From assembly GCA_963798085.1 (NCBI GenBank), contig CAWCRS010000008.1:32001-96000 (forward strand): 64,000 bases of DNA, in the 5' to 3' direction. Origin of the DNA: an uncultured Gemmatimonadales bacterium (GTDB lineage Bacteria > Gemmatimonadota > Gemmatimonadetes > Longimicrobiales > RSA9). The notes below the pieces were generated by a model. That model made no database searches and had not been told where the DNA came from. It saw nothing but the letters and a program-made list of their open reading frames with translations. The position numbers and the translations under genes were made by a program. Shown here piece by piece: positions 1 to 9,019 of the stretch. Positions within the stretch are counted from its first letter, which is position 1. Each line of letters starts with the position of its first letter.

Positions 1-649
1 TGAAGCGGACCTTCGGCACCGTCACCGTGTCGGGCGGATTGTTGCCCGGCCCGATCGGCGTGCCGCGCGACATGAAGGTGACCATGTCGCCGCGGAACAG
101 GCCGTCCGGCGCCATCGCGACCGGCAGGATCAGCCCCACGTAGTTCGTGCCCGGCAGGTCAACGGTGAGGTGCGACTCGACCACGCCGGTGCGGAGCAGC
201 CGGCCGGTCCGGTCGAAGAGGGTGATCCTGCGCGCGAGGACGTCGACGACCCAGACCGTGTCGCCGTGCACACCGAAGGCCGACACCGATCGGAACTCGC
301 CGGGCCCGGCGCCCTGGCGTCCGATCCGGCGCAGCAGGCGGCCGTCCGGCGCGAACACGCGAATCTCCGCTGCCTGGTTTTCAACGGCGTAGATCTGGCC
401 ATCGCGGTCCACATCGACATTGCCGATGAACGAGAACCCCTCGTCGGGATCATCCCGGCTGCCTATGCGCTGCTGCTCCACGAGCACGAGCCCGGGACGC
501 ACATCGGCGTCCGCCGCATGCGCTGCGCCGGTGCGCGAGCCGCATGCGGCAAGCAAGGCTGCGCCGGCTGACACTGCGGCGATTCCTGACACCGCGTTGC
601 AGGCGACACGCGGGCGAGGCAGCGCAATTGCAGTTGCCTGGGGCGTCAT
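1..649 (-). CDS. 6-bladed beta-propeller (NHL/TolB-like) lipoprotein; 3' end runs off the window
   Basis: Not in the ORF track because it has no stop in the window. Manual translation from ATG 649: MTPQATAI...AALLAAC (lipobox)...RIGSRDDPDEGFSFIGNVDVDRDGQIYAVE...IRVFAPDGRLLRRIGRQGAGPGEF, a typical propeller blade signature. Confidence 0.8.
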   Translation of the reverse strand, partial: MTPQATAIALPRPRVACNAVSGIAAVSAGAALLAACGSRTGAAHAADADVRPGLVLVEQQRIGSRDDPDEGFSFIGNVDVDRDGQIYAVENQAAEIRVFAPDGRLLRRIGRQGAGPGEFRSVSAFGVHGDTVWVVDVLARRITLFDRTGRLLRTGVVESHLTVDLPGTNYVGLILPVAMAPDGLFRGDMVTFMSRGTPIGPGNNPPDTVTVPKVRF

Positions 650-758
650 GCGCACCTGCCCTCGGTCGCGAGCGGGCGGCGCGGGCCGCTGAACGGCCAG
701 GGCCAGCCCATGCTTCGTGGTGGCGGACGCTACCGCACGCTGCGCCTGGCGGCGGCGG

Positions 759-2628
759 TCAATCGCGGCTGGCCGGCGCCGACCCCTTCGCGGTGGGCGT
801 CCAGCTCACCAGATGACAATGCCCGCACTCACCGCCGGCCTTGTGCTTGAAGAGGTCGGCGTGGCAGCCGAGGCAGACGTTGCGCGCGGAAGACAGCGCC
901 AGCACGTCGGGGTCGCTGTGGCAGCCGCTGCCGCCGCAGCCGGCGTGCACCTGTTTGCCCATGTGCGCGGCCATGGCGCCGGTGTGGCAAACACGGCATT
1001 CGCGCGCCGGCGCGTGGTGCTGCGTGTGACAGCTCGAGCACGAGCGCACGGAGGGTGAGGTCGCCAGGTCGGTGTGGCAGTCCGTGCAGTTCAACGAGAG
1101 AATGCCGCTCATGCGAGAACGGCAGCTCCTGGCTGACACCTTCGGGCGCGGTCGTGGTGGTCACGGTGACCGTCTGCGTCAGCGTACCCCGGCAATGCGC
1201 GGACGGATGACAGCGCTCGCACGCCGCTGCGCCGCTGCCTGCCTGCACTTCGCGCTGGTGGTGACAGCTCAGACAATCGCGTACCGAGCGCACTTGCAGC
1301 GCACCTGAGGCGGCATGACACAGGACGCACTGCAGCGCACGGTGCGTGTTGTGCGAGAACTTCGTGGTGTCCTGGGCAGTCTGCCCACCCGCAGCCTGCA
1401 GTGCGACCTCGGGCGCGGCCGGACCCGGCGCGCGACCTGGTGTCATGGCGAAGCGGAACGGCGGCTGCGGTGTCAGCATCGCCTGTGCTGTGTCCCGACG
1501 GAACACACGACCGGGCTGGTCCAGGATCTTCTGGTGACAGCTGAGGCAGGTGGCTCCCCTGAGAGTCCACGTGTGCGCCGAATGGCAGCGGCCGCAGGAT
1601 GACAGCACGCGGCTGTGCACGCCCTGATGGAAAGGCGTGAGTGTGTCGGGGCGCGCGTGACAGCCGGCAGTGGCGCAGCTGCCGAAAGCCGCCGCGGGTG
1701 TGGTCTGCTTGTGCGGATCGTGGCAGTCGCCGCACCGTCCCTTGTGCGGATCGTTCGAAGGCACGAACCGCGCGAGCCGCTCGCGCATGGCGTGGCAGCC
1801 GAGACAATTGACGCTCGTGGGCACCAGTGCGTTGCTCGCAGCCGCGACCTGCCGCGTCTCGGTTATGGGCGCCGTGAACGGATGGCAGGCAACGCAGTGC
1901 AGTGTGGTCTGGTTGGCCATGAGGCCCAGCTGAATCGTCAGCTTGTCATGGCAGCCGCTCTGCTGGCACGTCGTTGATGCAGGCACGAAGCGGTGCGCAG
2001 ACACGCCGTGACAGGTGAGGCACTCAATGTGGAGCTTCGCCGCCGTGTCGGACAGCACGTGGATCGAGTGTCCTGCCGTGGCCACAATGCGCTGCCACGT
2101 CGAGTCCGCGTTGCGCTGCACGTGACAGTTCGCGCACACCGCGCGCGGTACGGGTGCGTGCGGGCCGACATCGGCGGGCCGCAGCAGCATCCAGCGCACG
2201 ACCTGCGTCATTTCGGCGACCACGGGCTCGTCATGGCAGTCGTGGCAACGCAGCTGCGCGATCTGATGGTGCTTGCTCTGCTGGAAACGCTCGTACACTT
2301 CGTCGTGCAGCGTGTGGCAGCTCAGACAGAACTGGTTGCTGTCCTGCGAGTAGACGAAGAATGCCGCGCCCGAGCCCGCCATCGAGAACAGCACGCCGGC
2401 GGCTGCCAGGCCAATCACGATCTTCCAGAACACCGGTGTCGTCATGTCGCGCGTGCGGACCCACCGCACGACCTGGCGCCACTCCCTCACCAGGATGATC
2501 ACAGCCACGACGGCCACGATGAGGGCCAGCGCGGCGCCGCTCAGCTGCACCCACTGCGGCACGCTGAAGAACCAGCGGAACACACGCTCGACGGGCGTGA
2601 TGTCGCGCGGCGGGTGAAACACCGTCAT
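759..2628 (-). CDS. Membrane-anchored multiheme cytochrome c (NapC/NirT-like N-terminus, 17 CXXCH + 3 CX4CH); +1 frameshift near 1099
   Basis: ORF 829..2913 read from MTVFHPP (ATG 2628) has two hydrophobic helices then 14 heme motifs. ORF 759..1139 continues with 6 more (CTDCH, CSSCH, CRVCH, CGGSGCH, CLGCH, CGHCH). Confidence 0.88.
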
Positions 2629-2999
2629 GGTGTCGCCCGGAATGCGTGTGTCAATGCGCAGCTGCTGTGCGGCCTGCTGGAGCGTCACTCTGATTTGCTC
2701 TGTGTGCGGGTGCAGTGCCAGGCGCCGCAGCGGTACAGGGCTGCCCGCGCCATGGCCTCGGAAGCGGAAGCTTTCATCAATGGAACGTGCGCGCAATGCA
2801 TGAAGGTAATGGTATGGTGCGCTGCTTCCCGCCGAAACGCAACTGTCCGGGGCGAGGCTTCCACCTGCCACCGGCCCGGCGCCCTGAACGACGGCTGCGG
2901 GCCGACGCATCACTACGGGGTGCCCTCCTGTAACACCGTGCTGGCGACGACGACGCTTCCGCCCGAACCTTCGCTTTCCAACGAACCGGCGAGGCGGAA

Positions 3000-4884
3000 T
3001 TGTCGCGATACAAGCGAGCGGGCGCGGTGGCGGTGGCGCTCGCCATTGCAGGTCTGGGCGAGGCGAGAGCGCAGCAGGGCGCTACCCCGGCCATCATGTT
3101 CCGCGGCAATGCGGCACACGCCGGCGTCACCCGTGAGACGCTGTTCCGCGGCCAGGGTGGCGTTCGCTGGCGGGTGCAGACCGGCAATGCCCGGTTCTCG
3201 TCGCCTGCGGTCACCGAACTCGCGTGTTCGCAGGCAGCGACGACGGCTATCTCCGGGCGATCGATCGGGCGCGCGGCACGGTCGTCTGGAAGTTCAATGC
3301 CGGCAGCGCGGTACGCGCATCGCCGGCGGTTGCGTCCGGCCTGGTGATCGCGGCCACGGCGAAGGGCCGCATCTTCGCGGTGGCCGAAGCGACCGCCAGG
3401 CTGCGCTGGTCCATGCAGTGCGACAGCGCCATTCCGCAGAACCTGTACGCCTACGCCAACCGCTGGTGGGACTTCCTCGTTTCTTCGCCCGTGATCGCGG
3501 GCAGCACGGTCGTCATCGGCGGGCAGGATGGCGGCGTGTACGCGCTGAATCTGCAGACAGGCCGCCGCATCTGGCGTGCGCAGACCGGCGGACGCGTGCG
3601 CGCCACACCCGCGATCAGCGGCGGCCGCGTTGTCGTCGGGTCGTACAATGGGCGCGTCTACGCCTTCGACCTGGCTACCGGCAGGGAGCAGTGGACGTTT
3701 CACACACTGGGTGACACACTCGATCTCGAGAAATACCGCTACGATCGCCGGTCCATCCAGAGTTCGCCCGCGATTGCGGATGGCCGTGTGTTCTTCGGCT
3801 CGCGCGATGACGGACTGTATGCGATCGACGCCGCCACCGGCGCGCAGCAGTGGCGCTTCAGTCACCAGGGCTCTTGGGTGGTCGGCTCGCCTGCCGTCGC
3901 CGGCGGGCGGGTGTACGTCGGCAGCAGTGATGGCAACTTCGTGCAGGCCGTGGAGGCCGGGAGCGGCCGCGAGCTGTGGCGCTTCGACATCTTCGCCAAC
4001 ATGCTCTCCTCACCCCTGCTGCTGGGTAATGCCATCGTGCTGGGCAGCGCGCACGAGAGCGACCTCACCGGCGAGCTGCTGGCGCTGGACGCGGGCAGCG
4101 GCGCGTGCGCTGGCGGCTGCGCATGGATGGCGCCCTAGTCTCATCGCCCACGGCCCGGGACGATGCGCTGTACGTCGGCACGACCGGTGGCAGCATCGTC
4201 GCCATCGAGCAGGCCAACCCGCAGGTGCCGCGCCTGGCCGTGTTCTACGACTCGACACCGGAGCGGCAGGCGTACGGACCGGGAGCGCGGATGGCCCGCG
4301 AGTACTTTCAGACGCGCGGCTACGAGCTGCTCTCGGCGGAATCGCTGGCACGCTTCATGGCGGCCCGCGTAGCCGACTCGCTGCCCAGCGCCATTGTCTT
4401 CGCCATCGACGTATTGCCCGCCAGTGTGGCTCCCGACGACTCTGACACCGCGTTAGTACGTCGCTACCTGAATGCGGGCGGCAAGATCGTGTGGGCCGGT
4501 CCGCCGCCGGCGCTGCGGCACGATGCGCAGGGCAACATCACCGCCTTCCAGCGAGCTCGCATGGACTCGCTGCTGGGCGTGCCCGCCACAGCCCTGCGCG
4601 GAGACCGCGACGTTGTCAGGCCCGACGCCAGCGGCCTCGCCTGGGGCATTGATCGCTGGTTTCCGGGGATCTACCCGATCGCCGCCGGCGGCATGACGCA
4701 GCCACTGGCGCTGGATGCGGAAGGACTGACGTCAGCGTGGGTGCGCGTCTACCGGCCGGACCGTCCCGGATCGGGGTTTGTCCAGCTCTGGGGAATGGGC
4801 GCGAGCTACGAGCGACTTCCAGCCATGCGCGCGGTGGCGGAGTACGGCCTGCTGCGGCGCGCGCACGCCCCTGGACCGGGGTGA
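3000..4884 (+). CDS. Secreted PQQ-type (BamB-like) beta-propeller repeat protein with extra C-terminal alpha/beta domain; frameshifts near 3217 and 4104
   Basis: Signal peptide, MFRGNAAHAG, then repeated SSPxIxxGxVxxGSxDGxxYAxDxxTGxxxW blades spread over ORFs 3000..3347, 3224..4138 and 4105..4884. Confidence 0.85.
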
Positions 4885-4921
4885 AAGGGCGGCCGCGCCC
4901 GTTTACGGCCACGGCGAGGAA

Positions 4922-4953
4922 CGGGCCACCGGAGCGTGAAGCCCGGTGGCCCG
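4922..4953. terminator. GC-rich hairpin between convergent genes, probable terminator
   Basis: Perfect 11-bp stem CGGGCCACCGG / CCGGTGGCCCG with a 10-nt loop; U-tract is weak. Confidence 0.5.
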
Positions 4954-5043
4954 CACAACCAGGGAACTCCATCTGCTATGCTCGAAACGCACGCGGCCGT
5001 CCCCCGGACCACTCTGCGGTCGCGCGCGCTTCGAGGGCCGCGT

Positions 5044-5778
5044 TCACGGCTGTCTGACAATCCGCCCTCGCGCGGCCGCGGAGGCAGAGCCGTCCAGATC
5101 GAACGTGACGGAACTCACATCCGGTACACTCGCCGTAATCGTGCGCCAGCCCGCCGTACCGCTCAACGTCACACTGACACTCGCTTCGCCCGCCGCATCG
5201 GTTGCCAGGGACTCGACCGAGAACGTGTCGCCCGCGGATGAGGCAAACATCACGATGATGCCGGGCACCGGATTGCTGTACTGATCCATGACCCGCACCA
5301 CCAGCGGATCGGGAATCAGCGTACCTACGGCAGCACTGGTGCTGTCACCGCTCACGATTGCCATGCTGGCGGGCGGACCCGCCGTTGCAGTCGCGGTGAA
5401 ATTGGCGATGGGCACGCCACTCACACTGGCCGTGGCGTTCGCTGTGCCTGCTGTCGTGCCCAGCGTCCAGACCGCCTGCGCCATTCCATTGGCATCCGTG
5501 GCCGTCGCGGCGACATCCAGCGAGCCGCTGCCGGTGTCCCACAGAACTTCCACGTTCGCGAGTGCATTGCCGCTCGAATCCGTGACCTTCACCACCAGCG
5601 CCTGCGCCAGCACGCTTCCCACTGTGCCGGTCTGCGCATCGCCGCTCACGATCTGCAGGGAGCCTGCCTGAATCGGTGAGGTGCTGTCCTTGCTGCACGC
5701 CGCGAGCGCGGCGCAGAATGCGACGCTCGACCAGACCAGGGAGCGCCGCGCGGTCCTGCCGTAGATTGCACGGTTCAT
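5044..5778 (-). CDS. Ig-like (Big_1/invasin-type) domain lipoprotein with two repeats
   Basis: Lipobox LAAC; two IVSGD..T..VG......LVV.V.D...N.....V units. Confidence 0.82.
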   Translation of the reverse strand: MNRAIYGRTARRSLVWSSVAFCAALAACSKDSTSPIQAGSLQIVSGDAQTGTVGSVLAQALVVKVTDSSGNALANVEVLWDTGSGSLDVAATATDANGMAQAVWTLGTTAGTANATASVSGVPIANFTATATAGPPASMAIVSGDSTSAAVGTLIPDPLVVRVMDQYSNPVPGIIVMFASSAGDTFSVESLATDAAGEASVSVTLSGTAGWRTITASVPDVSSVTFDLDGSASAAARGRIVRQP

Positions 5779-6664
5779 GAAATCGGCCTCCTGTCCGCGT
5801 CGGCAACACAGCGAACCATTCACTGCGCTGCCGCCGACACTGCATCAGACAATCCAAACCGCACCCACCCTTACGTCTCACGGTCCTTCGGCGACGCGCG
5901 CAAACCAAAGCTTACGCCAGGCTTACAGTGCGCCGGTCAGCTGGTTCATCTGCTCGGCGTTCAGCTGCTTCGGCCTGCGGCGGGGCGGCGCGCTGCCCGG
6001 CAGCTGGTTCGTGCTTGCCCTGCGGCGGGCCGGCCGCGCGGAGGCGGCCGTACGCCAGACGCTGTATCGCATGGTACGCGATGGCGAGCTGGAGGCGAGC
6101 CGGGCGGGGCGGGCCAAGCTCTATGCGCCGACCGAGTACGCAAAAGCGGAGATCGCGGTCGGCACGCGCCGTATCCTGGCACCCGAGCCGTGGCAGTGGG
6201 ACGGACAATGGACGTTGATTGTCCTGCGCCCGTCGGGCCGTGTGCGCGACCGTGTCACGCAGGCCCGTATCGAATCGCTGCTGAAGGTGGAAGACTGCGC
6301 GCCGCTGGGTGCCCTGGCGCGGCGCTATAACACGGTGTTGCAGCGGCTGCAGCGTCTCACGCGCGAGCTGGACCGGCGGGATTGTTCCGACGAGGACGCC
6401 TTCCTGCTGCGTTTCGCGGTGGTGTTCGCGTACCGGAGTGTGGCGTGGGATGACCCCGAGCTGCCCGCCCGCGTGCTGCCCCCGGACTGGCCGGGCGCCG
6501 CAGCGCGCGCCGCGGCCGCCGCGCTCTATCGCCGGCTGCTGCCGGGTGCGACGCGCCAGGGTGATGCCCTGCTGCGCGCCACTGGCCAACGGTGTGACAC
6601 TGGTCAGGGAAATGAACGGCTCGCCGGAGCATCTGGCGCTGCGCGCCCGCATCGCGCGCGGTGA
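5777..6664 (+). pseudogene. PaaX-family transcriptional regulator, internally deleted (homology from ~5930; start uncertain)
   Basis: wHTH (EAAVRQTLYRMVRDGEL), WDGQW and C-terminal DPELPARVLPPDWPG motifs are present. The middle domain jumps from EDCAPLG directly to ALARRY near 6310. Confidence 0.6.
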
Positions 6665-7574
6665 GCTTGCCGGGCCGAGCATGCTGGTCAGCACGCCGCT
6701 GCTCGCCGGCGAAGCGCAGCGCTGGCATCATCTCCTCATTCGAACCGCGGAGGATGCACGCAATGCCGCGCGCGACGCGAAAGCGGCCGGCTACGACTAC
6801 CTGACGATCTCCAATGGGCTGACCACAGAAGCGGACGCCGCACTGGTGACGGCCAGTCGAACAACGGGCCTGCCGCTCGACGGCCACATTCCGGCGGCCG
6901 TCGGTCTGGCGGGCGTGCTCGCGGCGGGTCAGACCATTGAGCACATGGACAAGATCGCCTTTGCCGCGGCCGGTCACGATCCGGACACCGCACGGGTTCC
7001 CGTCGTACGGCAGGCATTCGCCGCGCATCGCGTGTGGGTCACGCCCACCAGCGCTTCGCTGCGCGCCCTGGATATCGCGGGCACGCCGGCATACACGTCT
7101 GCATTGACGAGTCCCGCGATGGCGTACGTCGATTCCGCGACGCTCGGCTGGTGGCGATCGCTGGCCGGTCAGCGGGAGCGGACCGCGCCCTCGCGCTTCT
7201 ACACATTCGAGCTACTGCTGCTGAAGGCGCTGCACGCCGACGGCACCGACATGCAGCCGGGCACGGACACTTCCAATCCGCTGATGGTCGCGGGCTTCGC
7301 CGTGCACGATGAGCTGGATGTGCTGACGCGCGATGCCGGCTTCTCCAACTACGAGGCGCTGCGGCTGGCCACCGCGAACGTGGGCCGTTTCCTCGGCGAT
7401 CCCGCGGTGGGCACGCTCCACGTGGGCAGCAATGCCGATCTTCTGCTGGTGGATGGAAACCCGCTTCGGGACCTTTCAGTGCTGCGGCGCCCGCTGGGCG
7501 TACTGGTGCGCGGGCAGTGGCTCGACCGGGAACGGCTGGATGCGCTGCTGCGCGGCGCGCGCACCGTGCAATAA
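6582..7574 (+). pseudogene. Amidohydrolase-family protein lacking its N-terminus
   Basis: LANGVTLVREMNG, GHIP, TIEH, GTD, HDEL, ADLLLVDGNPL are present. The N-terminal HxH metal motif is absent and the usual beta-4 Lys reads T (GYDYLTIS). Confidence 0.65.
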
Positions 7575-8825
7575 TGCGTTAGCGGTCGCGCCGCCAGCGT
7601 CCTTCAGCACACTGGAGAGGAAGCGCTCGACTGCCCAGGCGCTGATCTGTGCGCAGGGGCCGCGGAACCCGAAATCGCAACCGTGTGTGGCCCAGGGCAG
7701 GCGAACGTACACGAAATGCTGGCCTGCGTGCCGCAGGGAATCGGCGAGCATGCGGGCGTGCGCATCGAACACCAGTTCATCCATGCCGCCGTGGATCAGC
7801 AGCGTGGGCACGGAAGTGCTCACATGGCGAACAGGCGACGCTTCATCGTAGAGTCTTGCGCGCGATTCCAGTGACCCGCCCAGGAAGCCGCTCAGCACGG
7901 CGCGACTGTCAATGACGCGCGGGTTCGTGGGGTGCTCCCAGGCCCAGCGCAGGTCCGTGGGCCCGTAGAACGAGACCGCGCCCCGGATGTCGGGATCGTG
8001 CATTGTGTACGCGGCGAGCAGCGCGAGGTGCGCACCCGCGGACCGGCCCAGCAGCACGATGCGCGTCGTATCCAGCGCGTATGCCTGCGCGTTCGCTTTC
8101 AGCCGGCGGATGGCGGCGCCGACATCCTGCAGCGCGGCCGGGTAGGGGTGTGCGGGCGCCAGCCGGTAATCGATGGATGCGACGACGTAGCCGCGGTCTG
8201 CGAGCCAGCCATTCAGGCCGGCCAGCTGCCGCCGGTCGCCGCTGCGCCAGGAGCCGCCGTGGATGACGACGACGAGCGGCGCGCGCCCGCCGCGCATTCC
8301 GCTGGACGCCGGTCTGTAAATGTCGATGCCCTGCGCACCGCCGGCGCCGTCAGTATAGCTGTCCGTTTCTGGTCGCGTGGCTGCGCCGCTGTGCATGCCC
8401 GCGAACAGCCGTGTCAGCGAGAAGGGGGCATCGGCGACGGTGCCGGGAAACACGAGATCGAGAGCGTTGCCCGCGGCGCGTGCGGCCGGCCATGCCCGGG
8501 CTACAGGTGACAGTGCCAGCACGGTTGCCAGCAGTCCCGCGACCAGCGCCAGCCGGCCCATGCGCCGTGTCGCGGCCGGCCGGTCCGGGCGGGTGCGGGC
8601 TGCGCGCGCCGCTAACACCATGATAGACAATCCCGCCAGCGCCAGCCCCACGCCGAACTCGGTAACCAGGATGGAGATCTCCCAGAACAGGTAATCGGGT
8701 GCGGGCACAACCGCGAGCAGGGACAACACCAGGCACACCGTTGCGCACGCCAGCAGCAGTGCGGCTCCGCCCGTTCGCAGCGTCGCGCGCACTTTCAGGT
8801 GCAGTCCCTCGGGGCTGCCAGCCAC
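7476..8825 (-). CDS. Membrane-anchored alpha/beta hydrolase (HSL/BD-FAE-like esterase)
   Basis: Three N-terminal hydrophobic segments; HGGSW, DYRLAP, GRSAG nucleophile, D (DELV), H (ATHG). Start uncertain. Confidence 0.88.
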   Translation of the reverse strand: MAGSPEGLHLKVRATLRTGGAALLLACATVCLVLSLLAVVPAPDYLFWEISILVTEFGVGLALAGLSIMVLAARAARTRPDRPAATRRMGRLALVAGLLATVLALSPVARAWPAARAAGNALDLVFPGTVADAPFSLTRLFAGMHSGAATRPETDSYTDGAGGAQGIDIYRPASSGMRGGRAPLVVVIHGGSWRSGDRRQLAGLNGWLADRGYVVASIDYRLAPAHPYPAALQDVGAAIRRLKANAQAYALDTTRIVLLGRSAGAHLALLAAYTMHDPDIRGAVSFYGPTDLRWAWEHPTNPRVIDSRAVLSGFLGGSLESRARLYDEASPVRHVSTSVPTLLIHGGMDELVFDAHARMLADSLRHAGQHFVYVRLPWATHGCDFGFRGPCAQISAWAVERFLSSVLKDAGGATANALLHGARAAQQRIQPFPVEPLPAHQYAQRAPQH

Positions 8826-9019
8826 GGTACCGGAAGGCCTCGCCGGCCGGAAAGATCAGAATCCAGGGAATGGCTCCGTGTGCCTGTTTGCGGGTGCCGG
8901 ACACTACTGTATCTTGCCGTTCGTCGCGATCCCTCGAGATGGGGCGGGTGTCCGCAGGGGACCCTGTCCACCCGCGAGGCAACTCTGGCTGAGCGCCCGC
9001 GGCGCCACCGGACGTCCCA

